From Bacteroidetes bacterium UBA7662 (GTDB lineage: Bacteria > Bacteroidota > Bacteroidia > UBA7662), in the NCBI GenBank assembly GCA_002483345.1, contig DLHS01000015.1, forward strand, positions 41,117 to 105,116: a stretch of 64,000 nt of DNA, in the 5' to 3' direction. Position numbers and translations under genes: made by a program. Position 1 is the first letter of the stretch. Each line of letters opens with the position of its first letter. Shown here piece after piece: positions 37,329-46,463 of the stretch. Below the pieces are notes generated by a model. That model had not been told where the DNA came from, did no database searches, and worked only from the letters and a program-made list of their open reading frames with translations.

Positions 37329-38633
37329 CTACCAGGTTCCTGATATCAAAAACTTGTGAATGCGTTTGGTGGGAGCCTTTTCTACTGTTTTGGCTACTTT
37401 CGGAGCGGTTTCGGAAACAGTTTTTACGGTTGTGGCTACCGGCTCAGGAAAGGGACTTTCATCATCGATCAGGATTGCAGCGGGTTTGGCAGCAGGTTTT
37501 TCAACTTCAGCCGGTGCCTGTTTGGGTACTTCGGCAACTGGTGAGGCCTGACCATTGGTTTTTTCCTGCCTGGCGGTGGCTGCACCATTTACTTTGGGAG
37601 CGGCCTCCTGACTGTCGGCGTATAAGGTTACGATGGTGGTGGCATTGCCGATATCCAGACCAACGGCCATAGATTTATCACCGGTTGTTTCGAAAGAATG
37701 AATGCAATAGCCTTTGCTGGCCATGGCAGCCGGCTCATCGGGGATGACCAGATCGAGCACATCTTTGAATTCAGTACGGAATTGTTCCGCCAGATCTTCG
37801 TACATGGCACCACCTCCCACGAGGTAAAGTTTGTTGGCCCGCTGGAAGTCCGTGTCGAGGAAAGCACGCCGTAGTGCAGGCGAAATGACATCCTGGTAAT
37901 ATTGGGTCAGCGCCCGGGCACGGGCTTCTTTCAGATCAACCCGTTTGCGGCTGGCGAAGAGAAATCCTTTCTGGAACGCCACATCGATCTGGTGTTCGTT
38001 TTTAAGTTCGAGGTAATATTGACGACCTACTTCCTGCATCAGGAGATTTACGGCATAACGGAGTCCGTTGACAGAAACAGCGGTACGTTGCACGGTACCC
38101 GCTTCTGTGCTCAGTATCGCTTCACAAGTGCCGAATCCGAGACTCACCACAAAAAAGGAACCGCTGGCTGCCTGCTCTCCTTTGCGAAGTCCAAGAATAC
38201 AGCCTTGTATCTCAGGTATGATCTGCGCCTGCTCAACCTGTATCGGAATGTTTCGCCGCAAGCCGGTTGAATAGGTTGCAGCATCAAATTCGATGATGTG
38301 CTCCCGTTGAATAGCACTTACAGCCTGTTCCCGGTAGATAGGGTAGGTTGAGCTTGGGAAACCGCTTGATATGGTTAGTCTGGCTTTGTTGAGATGTTGA
38401 TTGGCCAGTAATAAACCAGATTTCAGCAGCAACGCATATTCTGTTTCAGATGGGGCAGAATTGATGTTTTTGTGCGGAGCAACACCTTCTGAAAGGGCGA
38501 GATCGCCTACAACATAAGCTCTTCTTTTTTCAAACAGTTTTAGCCCGTGTAAGAGGTCTGGTGCCACCTGACGTAACTCTGCATTGTTGCCTTCGATGAC
38601 ACTTGGGAACTGTAATACTTTGAACATAAGCAC
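37329..38633 (-). CDS. actin-fold ATPase of the ParM/AlfA-like family with apparently permuted phosphate-1 hairpin and disordered C-terminal tail
   Basis: Motif order in the 434-aa ORF: AYVVGDLALSEG (res ~40), FVVSLGFGTCEAIL (phosphate-2, ~165), KLYLVGGGA (~270), DEPAAMASKGY (~305), then MAVGLDIGNATTIVTLYAD (phosphate-1, ~322), then a P/A/K/E-rich tail. Confidence 0.55.
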   Translation of the reverse strand: MLMFKVLQFPSVIEGNNAELRQVAPDLLHGLKLFEKRRAYVVGDLALSEGVAPHKNINSAPSETEYALLLKSGLLLANQHLNKARLTISSGFPSSTYPIYREQAVSAIQREHIIEFDAATYSTGLRRNIPIQVEQAQIIPEIQGCILGLRKGEQAASGSFFVVSLGFGTCEAILSTEAGTVQRTAVSVNGLRYAVNLLMQEVGRQYYLELKNEHQIDVAFQKGFLFASRKRVDLKEARARALTQYYQDVISPALRRAFLDTDFQRANKLYLVGGGAMYEDLAEQFRTEFKDVLDLVIPDEPAAMASKGYCIHSFETTGDKSMAVGLDIGNATTIVTLYADSQEAAPKVNGAATARQEKTNGQASPVAEVPKQAPAEVEKPAAKPAAILIDDESPFPEPVATTVKTVSETAPKVAKTVEKAPTKRIHKFLISGTW

Positions 38634-38797
38634 TGATTAGGGTTGACAAGAATAGTTGGTTCGAACTGTCTCACAACAATACGAATTGTCAAATTAAGCA
38701 ATGATTAAGAAATTGTTCAAGTAAATTGGCCAATTTCTTAATTTTTTATACTCAGTCGCCTTTTGTGCTAGATGCTTACAATGAGCTTATTCCGTTT

Positions 38798-40006
38798 TTA
38801 AGCCGTTACATAATCCTCCAGATAGCTGAATCTGGATGTCAGAGCTCCGTTTTCACAGATGGAGGCCCGTTGAAGCATCGGATTTTGAGGATCCCGTATC
38901 AGTTTGTCCATGACATACTGCACCAGATTGTAGCTAAACTCCCTGGAGGCATCTTTCGGCAACTCACAGGGCAGATTGTCAACCGCCATTACGTCTATGG
39001 AATCAGGACGGAAGGGTTCGGTTTCTGATTCGGTAATTACATCATAGCCGTAAAACGGTTTTTCAATGTCGCTGGCACGTATGGTGCTGGGGATGGAACC
39101 ATTGATGTCACAGGTAATGTCTGCGATGGTTTTGATACGGAAATCGATTTGTCGCATATCCTCTTTTGTGAAAAAGATGGGTGCTTTGGGATCCCAGTAA
39201 ATAGTATTTATTAGTAAGTCAGTTACCGAAGTAAATGGATTGAATACAGAAACATATTCGCCAGGGAATTCATGAAAGTGGGTGCTTTCAAAAGGACGGT
39301 TGTTTTTATGGCGGTACAAGTCTTTTGAACGGAGTTCGACGTATACTGCCTCATCAAATTCCTGAAACAAATACTCATCTACGGTAACAGGTTTTACACC
39401 AGCAAGATGAAGTAATTCCAGTGCGCCCGCACCCACCCGGCCGGTACCGGTAACTGCTATTTTAACCGGTGGCAGGGTAATTCCTGTATACAGCGCCCGA
39501 AGCTCTGCATAATCGTGACAATCATGCGCGGCTTTCAGCGAAAAGGTGCCTGTCCGTTGACCATAGGCCCTTAAACCATTGTGAGTACCTACCACCCCTG
39601 CAAAGTGACCAAAGGCAACAGCTCTTTTACCATGCTCAAAGGTGATAACCTCGTAATCCACCATGCGGATATGTTTCTCAATCATGGCTTGCAGTAATCC
39701 CCTGTTATAGGCCTGTTTTTTGATGGTATGGGAGAAGAAAAGGTATGTTTTACCCTCCAGAAGCCGGGTAATGGGCACTTCTTTTACGCCCATCAGTACA
39801 TCACAAGCAGACAAATCTTCCCGGATTTCGCAACCTGCTGCTTCAAATTCACTTTCGGGGAAACATCTGATCGGAGAAGGTTGTACCCATATTCTAAGCT
39901 CCGGGTATTGTTCAAGCAGTTGCTGACAGTGTTCCGGTATAAGGGGAACCCGGTGGTCAGGAGGTATTTTCCCTTCTCTCAGTATGCCGAGGGTGAACTT
40001 TTTCAT
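38798..40006 (-). CDS. saccharopine dehydrogenase (LYS1-type) / AlaDH-PNT-domain NAD-dependent oxidoreductase
   Basis: AlaDh_PNT_N and _C domains, GTGRVGAGA Rossmann; 402 aa. Confidence 0.7.
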   Translation of the reverse strand: MKKFTLGILREGKIPPDHRVPLIPEHCQQLLEQYPELRIWVQPSPIRCFPESEFEAAGCEIREDLSACDVLMGVKEVPITRLLEGKTYLFFSHTIKKQAYNRGLLQAMIEKHIRMVDYEVITFEHGKRAVAFGHFAGVVGTHNGLRAYGQRTGTFSLKAAHDCHDYAELRALYTGITLPPVKIAVTGTGRVGAGALELLHLAGVKPVTVDEYLFQEFDEAVYVELRSKDLYRHKNNRPFESTHFHEFPGEYVSVFNPFTSVTDLLINTIYWDPKAPIFFTKEDMRQIDFRIKTIADITCDINGSIPSTIRASDIEKPFYGYDVITESETEPFRPDSIDVMAVDNLPCELPKDASREFSYNLVQYVMDKLIRDPQNPMLQRASICENGALTSRFSYLEDYVTA

Positions 40007-40106
40007 GGTGCAAAAATCGGAGAATATGGGGAGAAAGTGGAAGTTTTTTCAGAATACTAAACGACAGCTATTTTGCTTTTTGCGCTGATATTGATTGAAA
40101 TTCCCT

Positions 40107-40114
40107 TATTTTTG
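40107..40114 (+). promoter_or_regulatory. candidate -7 box TATTTTTG for ssrA
   Basis: Matches TAnnTTTG, 15 nt upstream of the mature tmRNA 5' end. Confidence 0.35.
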
Positions 40115-40128
40115 CAGTCCTGTAAAAT

Positions 40129-40498
40129 GGGGCTGACTGGAATCGACAGCTTGTATGAATACGCAGGTAAGCATGCGGAGCCTTGTACGGGAGCTCCTTA
40201 ATCTGAACGTTCAAGCCATAATCGGCGAAAATAACTACGCACTCGCTGCTTAATCCTAGGGATTAAGCGCAGTTGCTCCCTTCCTGACGGGCTGCTTAGC
40301 CGGGATATTGTGGAGCATCATTCATAAGCAGCTGGCCTGCGGTCTGCTCCTGACCAACGGTAAGAAACCAAAGAGCTAAGGGAAAACCTGGCAAGCCCGC
40401 CGGCCTGGTCTACCCCGACAATCAACGGCAGGATAAGCATGTAGAAAGCTTCCGGTTCGCTTGACTGGACCAGGGTTCGACTCCCTGCAGCTCCACCA
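40129..40498 (+). ncRNA. ssrA: tmRNA (transfer-messenger RNA)
   Basis: 5' GGGGCUGA... pairs with 3' ...CAGCUCCACCA (G3.U wobble). T-arm GGTTCGACTCC. In-frame tag reading frame ggc gaa aat aac tac gca ctc gct gct taa (40224..40253) encodes GENNYALAA*. 370 nt. Confidence 0.9.
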
Positions 40499-40516
40499 GA
40501 TTCAATCATCTTAATT

Positions 40517-40552
40517 TAAAAGCCCGAATTCATACTGGATTCGGGCTTTTTT
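40517..40552 (+). terminator. rho-independent terminator after ssrA
   Basis: AAAAGCCCGAAT-tcatactgg-ATTCGGGCTTTTTT. Confidence 0.6.
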
Positions 40553-40678
40553 CATTTATAATTCACCATTTCAGCCGGATTTTTCCCAGGCAGCCATGGC
40601 ACGTGAGTCTGTTGAAGGTATCTGTGTATTCTTATCCGTGAATCAGATAAGAAAGTGCTTTACATCCTTGCATTAAGC

Positions 40679-42427
40679 CTATTTTTCAGTCAGTCTGATT
40701 GTATATTCCAGCACAGCATCCGTTCTCTTTAAATAATCGGTTATGCTCTGACTGACAAAATGATCTGGTAAAATACCGGTTTCATCCGGAAGTAAAGGGG
40801 CTGCTGATTCAGAGGTGCTGTTGGCTATATAATACTCCATTCCTGTGTTGGGAAGCCTGCATATTTTTTGACCTGCCGTACAAAATTGATTGGAGCCAAG
40901 CTCTTCACCCACTATAGTTCCCAGCTGAAAAATCTTTACAAGCGACATAAAATGACCGGTAGTAGATTTGCCGTTCCCATCGATGATGAAGTAGCATTTG
41001 CCGTCAAATACGTCTTTAACCGGCTGCTGCAGGGCGTGGCCTAAAACATAGTCCGAATTTGAAAAATAGGGAAAGGGTTCTTTTTTCAGGTGTTTTAGCA
41101 GGTAAATACTTGATTCGGGCGATCCTCCGCCATTAAAACGCAGGTCAACGATGAGATTTTTAATGTTCTTTTCTTTTATTTCCCGGAAACTCCTGTCAAT
41201 GAAGGCCTCAAAAACATTAAGATCGTCCCACCTGTAATAATTGAATGACTTCACAGTCAGAATCGCTGTTTTCGCGTCATCAGATATTTCAAAACACAGC
41301 CTTTCAGGGCAGGGCTTAACTGATGGATCCTGGCGTTGAATCTGGGGACTTTGAGCAGGATCCAAACGTATGACTGTATTTTTTCCCTTGACCCTGATTT
41401 CATAGGTTGCAGGGAAACCCAATGCGAATGGAATCATTCCAGTCGCCCAAATATTAAATACATGCCTTTTGGTGGTTTGAATCTTGCCCTGTGATTCAAT
41501 GCGTTTGTAAATCTCGTTTACAAGCTGTGCAACAGGTATCCCGTTGATACTCACTATTTCATCTTTCAGCGCAACCTTGTTTTTATTGTTGGCAGGATCG
41601 GTAACAAACAAATGACCATCTACCCATCTGGTTTTCAGCGGAAATCTTACAGATAGGGGCAGGTCACCCTCCTCAAAAAAACGACCCATGGTAGTGTGCG
41701 AACAACCTATGCTGGCAACAATTTCAAGGCAATGCCAGTAAAATTCGCTGTAAGTGGTGTTGTCCGAAACAAGGGCCTTTTTAGATTCAATCAATTGGTT
41801 GAACGCATCTTCGGAAATGAATTTGAGCGCATTCGGATGAATGGATGTTAGTTTTTTTCCCAATTGATCAAGGTCCTCTTTATACGCTACGGCCGTATAA
41901 ACCCGGGTCATTTTATCTATAAACAGTTCGGGTTTTTTTTCGGGATATTTGATTTTGTCAATCTGGTCGTTTGCATTGAAATTTTCCGGATCAAGTGCAA
42001 GTGATTTTCTGTAGTTGACCAGCGATTCTTCCGGATAACCATTCATCAGGTATCCTTCGCCCAAACTATCATAGGCATTGGATGAGTTTGGAAATTCTGA
42101 AACCAAAAGCTTAAATATCTCCAGGGCTTCTGATTTTTTATTGTTGTAGAGCAGGGAGTAGCCATACATATTCAGATCATTTTCATCTTCAAAATTGTAG
42201 GCGTCAGGATGTTCCTTTTTAAGGCGTTTGTACAGTGCAATCCTCTTTTCTATCGGCAGGTTCTCATTTTCTCTGAGTGTCTGTGATATGGATCTCTTTT
42301 CTGTGATTCCCAGGTTTGTTTCCGGAAAAGCTGCCGAAGCAAACGAACGCTTATTGTTTATACTGCCAATAAGTGAATAACTGCTTAAAACAAGCAATAG
42401 GACTATTTTTTTGCGGATATCAGCCAT
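40679..42427 (-). CDS. S41-family (C-terminal processing) peptidase with N-terminal TPR repeats
   Basis: TPR region (AYDSLGEGYLMNGYPEESLVNYRKSLALDP); S41 motif IVDLRFNGGG; signal peptide; noticeably lower GC than flanks. Confidence 0.8.
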   Translation of the reverse strand: MADIRKKIVLLLVLSSYSLIGSINNKRSFASAAFPETNLGITEKRSISQTLRENENLPIEKRIALYKRLKKEHPDAYNFEDENDLNMYGYSLLYNNKKSEALEIFKLLVSEFPNSSNAYDSLGEGYLMNGYPEESLVNYRKSLALDPENFNANDQIDKIKYPEKKPELFIDKMTRVYTAVAYKEDLDQLGKKLTSIHPNALKFISEDAFNQLIESKKALVSDNTTYSEFYWHCLEIVASIGCSHTTMGRFFEEGDLPLSVRFPLKTRWVDGHLFVTDPANNKNKVALKDEIVSINGIPVAQLVNEIYKRIESQGKIQTTKRHVFNIWATGMIPFALGFPATYEIRVKGKNTVIRLDPAQSPQIQRQDPSVKPCPERLCFEISDDAKTAILTVKSFNYYRWDDLNVFEAFIDRSFREIKEKNIKNLIVDLRFNGGGSPESSIYLLKHLKKEPFPYFSNSDYVLGHALQQPVKDVFDGKCYFIIDGNGKSTTGHFMSLVKIFQLGTIVGEELGSNQFCTAGQKICRLPNTGMEYYIANSTSESAAPLLPDETGILPDHFVSQSITDYLKRTDAVLEYTIRLTEK

Positions 42428-42759
42428 GCTTTTTTTTAGAAGACTAAAGTTAAGCGGGTTAATTTCCGGAGCTCAAAAGCGACTGTAAATTGATGTAAAA
42501 CGAACTGTAAATTATGTGTAAAGACTCAGAAGGGGGCAGCACATCCGGTGATTGGCCTGTAATAAGTTGATAATGAAAGAATAGATAATCCTGATCAGTC
42601 ATACTATTCAGCCTTGGCACTGTTAATTATTCAGCATGTCTGGAGAGAACACCTATTTTACCTTTTCTTCCGGCGGAATCTGAAAGGCTATGGTGGCTGC
42701 ATGGCAATTTTATTTGCTTCTTTTTGCGTATTGTTGGGCAAAGTTTACCTCATGCTACT

Positions 42760-43374
42760 ATGCGCTATTCAGGAATTATCTTTTTTGTAGTTATGCTGCT
42801 GAGCAGCCATACAAAGGCACAAAACTGGCTCGACAGGCTGGAAGACAATGAACCGGTAACCCGAAAGACCATACTTAAACTGGATGTGATGAGTCCGGTT
42901 TACGATATGTTTAATCCCGAGCTGGAGTTTGTGCTCAACGAAGAATCCAGCGTGACGGTTGAGTTGATCTGGCAGTCTGTAACCTCAGATGCCTATGACT
43001 TTGCCAAAGCGGGCGGAAGAATAAACTATCGTTTTTACCTGGGCAACCGACCGGCACCGGCCGGAATTTACGTGGCTGCCGGATTGGGTTTCTTCGATGT
43101 TGAGGGAACAAGAAAAAGGGTGCAGGTTTTTACACCTTCCGGTTACACCTATGTGAACCAAACTTCGGCGGCGAAAGAGTTTGCCAGTTTTATCTGGTTA
43201 GGCAGACAAAGTGTTTTTAAAAACAGAATCAGCCTTGAATATGCGCTTGGAACAGGCTATACTTTTAATCCCGTTGATTTTGAAAGAGATAGTTACTGGG
43301 CAAGGGGTAGATATGCCATTTATGGCAATGTGCGTATCGGTTTCTTAATCGGAAGTCCTGCCTCTGATAATTAA
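42760..43374 (+). CDS. hypothetical outer-membrane beta-barrel-like protein (DUF3575-like)
   Basis: Signal peptide MRYSGIIFFVVMLLSSHTKAQ; alternating hydrophobic beta-strand pattern; C-terminal aromatic (RIGFLIG). Confidence 0.45.
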   Translation: MRYSGIIFFVVMLLSSHTKAQNWLDRLEDNEPVTRKTILKLDVMSPVYDMFNPELEFVLNEESSVTVELIWQSVTSDAYDFAKAGGRINYRFYLGNRPAPAGIYVAAGLGFFDVEGTRKRVQVFTPSGYTYVNQTSAAKEFASFIWLGRQSVFKNRISLEYALGTGYTFNPVDFERDSYWARGRYAIYGNVRIGFLIGSPASDN

Positions 43375-43436
43375 GCGCAGGAGGCGACACTTCCCCAAAA
43401 ACATTCGGAATTCAACGGAATGACCTATTTTGCAGC

Positions 43437-44189
43437 ATGCAAAAGTTTTTTGGTTATCTGCTGACACCATTTTACCTGCTTTTTTTTGGCCTTACACTCC
43501 TGATTTTTCAGCCCCTTCAGGTAATTGCCTATGAGTTGTTCGGACCAAGGGGCCAGCAAAAAATGGTGTACGGTCTAAACTGGACCGCCATGCGGTGCAT
43601 GCATCTTCTGGGTGGAAGTCTGGTTTTTGATTTTGATCCGGATAGTTTACCAACCGACCGTAAACTTGTATTTGTAGCGAATCACCAGAGCATGAACGAT
43701 ATACCACCCATGATCTGGTTTTTCAGACGTTTCAGGCCGGTTTTTATTGCAAAAAAAGAACTCGCGAAGGGAATACCCAGTATCTCCTACAACTATAAAA
43801 GAGGCGGGGCGGTAGCCATCGACCGCAAAGATGGTGCGCAGGCCCGCAAGGCTATCCTGGATTTGGGTAAAAGGTTACGGGAAGAACAGATTTCTGTCTG
43901 TATTTTTCCGGAAGGTACCCGTGCCCGTAATGGCCGGTTAAAACCTTTTCAGGCAGGGGGAATCAAAACCCTATTACAGGAAGTACCTGATGCCGTATTT
44001 GTTCCTTTGGCGATTGCCAACAGCTGGCGTTTGGTGGAGCATGGCTTCTGGCCGATGCCGGCTGGAATCAGAATACGCTTTAAGGTTTTACCGGTGGTTG
44101 ATGCCAAAGGCAGGACAGCTGAGGAGGTGGTGGAAGAGCTTCACCGGCGTATTGCCCTTCAGCTGGAACAGCCGGGGTTTAGTGTTTAA
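43437..44189 (+). CDS. 1-acyl-sn-glycerol-3-phosphate acyltransferase (PlsC-family lysophospholipid acyltransferase)
   Basis: ANHQSMNDI (HX4D) and FPEGTR motifs. Confidence 0.8.
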   Translation: MQKFFGYLLTPFYLLFFGLTLLIFQPLQVIAYELFGPRGQQKMVYGLNWTAMRCMHLLGGSLVFDFDPDSLPTDRKLVFVANHQSMNDIPPMIWFFRRFRPVFIAKKELAKGIPSISYNYKRGGAVAIDRKDGAQARKAILDLGKRLREEQISVCIFPEGTRARNGRLKPFQAGGIKTLLQEVPDAVFVPLAIANSWRLVEHGFWPMPAGIRIRFKVLPVVDAKGRTAEEVVEELHRRIALQLEQPGFSV

Positions 44190-44213
44190 TTTTAGTTATC
44201 AATTTTTCTCAAG

Positions 44214-46370
44214 ATGAAAAGAAATATACTGATTACATTTTTGGCCTTTCTGCTTGTTCCGGGCATGTTAACAGCTGGTCCGGGAGAAGGAATGTACCCT
44301 ATGAGTGAGCTTCGCAAGCTGGATTTGAAAAAGGCGGGTATGGGACTTACTGCCGAAGCGTTGTTTAGTCCTCAGGGTGATGCACTGGTCAATGCCCTGG
44401 TCAGGGTGGGAGGGTGCACGGGTTCCTTTGTTTCGAATGAAGGACTGATTATCACCAATCACCATTGTGCATTTGGTGCCGTGGCAGCGGCCAGTAGTGT
44501 CGGCAATGATTATATCACCAATGGTTTTATTGCCCGTGAAAGAGAGCTCGAGATTCCGGCGCAGGGGTTGACGGTTAAAATTACCCTGGGTTATGAAGAT
44601 GTGAGCGCAGCCGTACTGGCTGCTGCAGGGGCAGAAACAGATCCTGTCAGGAGGTTGGCAGCCATGCGAGACAAGGTTCGCCAGATTGAGCAAAAAGCGA
44701 GGCAGGATGAGCCAAAACTTACCCATGAAGTAGCTGAAATGTTTGTGGGACGCTCTTATGTCCTGTTTCATTACCAGACCATCCAGGATATCCGGTTGGT
44801 TTATGTGCCACCCCGCAATGTCGGGGAGTTTGGGGGTGAAAGTGATAACTGGGTGTGGCCGCGACACAACGGGGATTTCTCCTTTGTAAGGGCCTATGTA
44901 GCTGCCGATGGCCAGCCGGCCACTTTCAGCAAAGACAATGTGCCCTTTACGCCCAAACGATTCCTGAAAGTAAATCCTGCCGGTGTTCAGGAAAATGATT
45001 TTGTATTCATACTGGGTTATCCCGGTCGTACTTTCCGTCATTATCCCGCGGAATACATACGTTATCAGAACGATTATCTCCTCCCTTATACCGCTGAAAC
45101 CTACGACTGGCTGATACAGGGGATGAAGGAACTGGGAGATCAGGATCCGGCCAAAGCCATTGCCTTTGCCAGCAAAATCAAGGGACTGGCCAATACGACT
45201 AAAAACTACAAAGGTAAAATTCAGGGAATACGCCGGATTGGCCTGATTGATCAGAAAATTGGAGAAGAAAAAGAGATGCGTGCCATGCTCGCGAATAAAC
45301 CGGAGCTGCAGACAACCTATGGTAAAGTGCTGGATGAGCTCGATGCCGTATATAAAACCATGCAGGAGGATGCTCCCAGGACATTATGGTTCTCGTATTT
45401 GAACAGTCAGAGTGCGAGTATGTCAGTTGCTCTGCGCATTGCCATGGTTCAGGCTACCCTCGACACCCTGCCCAAAGCGAGTCATGCGGATTATATCCGG
45501 AAACAGCAGGAGGAAATGAAAAAACATATCGGAAGAATGTATTCCCCTTACGATGCCGGACTCGACAGGGCATACCTTGACCGTATGTTGCGCCAGGCAC
45601 TTGGCTGGCCTGCAGAGCAGCAACCGGTCAGTCTGAAAAAAAGGTTTTCCGTCCAGGTAAAGGATCGCAGACTTGATAAGTTCCTGACAAGCATAAGTAC
45701 AAAAACTAATTTTTTCGACAAAGAAGCCTTGCTCAGACAACTGGATGCTAACCCTGACAGATTTTTCACTGCTAAAAATGGGCTGACAGAGATTGCCGGT
45801 GATATGATAGTGATGGCAGCAGAACTCCGGGGCCGGGCCCAGGCCAATGAAGGGAAACTTGCCACGTTGCTGCCGGGGTATCTTGACCTCAAAATTGCAA
45901 CAGGAACTCATTTTGTACCCGATGCCAATGCTACCCTGCGCCTTACTTACGGCCATGTTAAGGGTTATGAGCCGGAGGATGGTGTCTATCAGTCACCTTT
46001 TACCACTGTCGCTGGTTTGGTTGAAAAGGGGGAGAAAACGGGGGATTATGAAATCAACCAGCAATTGGTAGCGGCCTACGAAAAGGGTGGTCATGAAAAA
46101 TATCAGCATCCGGGATTAAAAGATGTGCCGGTAGGTTTGTTGTACAACCTGGATACTACCGGCGGTAATTCTGGCAGTCCGGTGATGAATGCGCAGGGTG
46201 AACTTATTGGTGTGAATTTCGACCGAGCCTTCACGGCTACCATCAATGACTTTGCCTGGAATGAGAGTTACAGCCGTTCTATCGGGGTAGATATCCGTTT
46301 TGTGCTGTGGACACTGGATAAAGTGTCGGATGCCGGCTTTCTGATAAAGGAGATGGGGGTGCTCAGGTAG
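44214..46370 (+). CDS. S46-family dipeptidyl-peptidase (DPP7/DPP11-like)
   Basis: 718 aa, signal peptide, catalytic-His region GGCTGSFVSNEGLIITNHHCA and C-terminal TGGNSGSPV Ser motif. Confidence 0.85.
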   Translation: MKRNILITFLAFLLVPGMLTAGPGEGMYPMSELRKLDLKKAGMGLTAEALFSPQGDALVNALVRVGGCTGSFVSNEGLIITNHHCAFGAVAAASSVGNDYITNGFIARERELEIPAQGLTVKITLGYEDVSAAVLAAAGAETDPVRRLAAMRDKVRQIEQKARQDEPKLTHEVAEMFVGRSYVLFHYQTIQDIRLVYVPPRNVGEFGGESDNWVWPRHNGDFSFVRAYVAADGQPATFSKDNVPFTPKRFLKVNPAGVQENDFVFILGYPGRTFRHYPAEYIRYQNDYLLPYTAETYDWLIQGMKELGDQDPAKAIAFASKIKGLANTTKNYKGKIQGIRRIGLIDQKIGEEKEMRAMLANKPELQTTYGKVLDELDAVYKTMQEDAPRTLWFSYLNSQSASMSVALRIAMVQATLDTLPKASHADYIRKQQEEMKKHIGRMYSPYDAGLDRAYLDRMLRQALGWPAEQQPVSLKKRFSVQVKDRRLDKFLTSISTKTNFFDKEALLRQLDANPDRFFTAKNGLTEIAGDMIVMAAELRGRAQANEGKLATLLPGYLDLKIATGTHFVPDANATLRLTYGHVKGYEPEDGVYQSPFTTVAGLVEKGEKTGDYEINQQLVAAYEKGGHEKYQHPGLKDVPVGLLYNLDTTGGNSGSPVMNAQGELIGVNFDRAFTATINDFAWNESYSRSIGVDIRFVLWTLDKVSDAGFLIKEMGVLR

Positions 46371-46397
46371 TATGGTGGATGGCACACGGATTTTTAT

Positions 46398-46446
46398 GAT
46401 TTATATGATTTTCGCTGATGTACAACCAGCGAAAATCATATAAATC
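46398..46446. terminator. perfect 20-bp inverted repeat (GATTTATATGATTTTCGCTG / CAGCGAAAATCATATAAATC, 9-nt loop) between convergent genes; bidirectional terminator or REP-like element
   Basis: Seen directly in sequence. Confidence 0.5.
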
Positions 46447-46463
46447 GGCGTCCCATAGCAATA

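Noticed and set aside
44268-45041. 257-aa and other long antisense ORFs inside the S46 peptidase gene; similar antisense ORFs at 565..1254, 1835..2503, 8803..9348, 45423..45956 and 16285..16827
   Set aside because: All lie entirely within strongly supported genes on the opposite strand and have no motifs. Treated as chance shadow ORFs.
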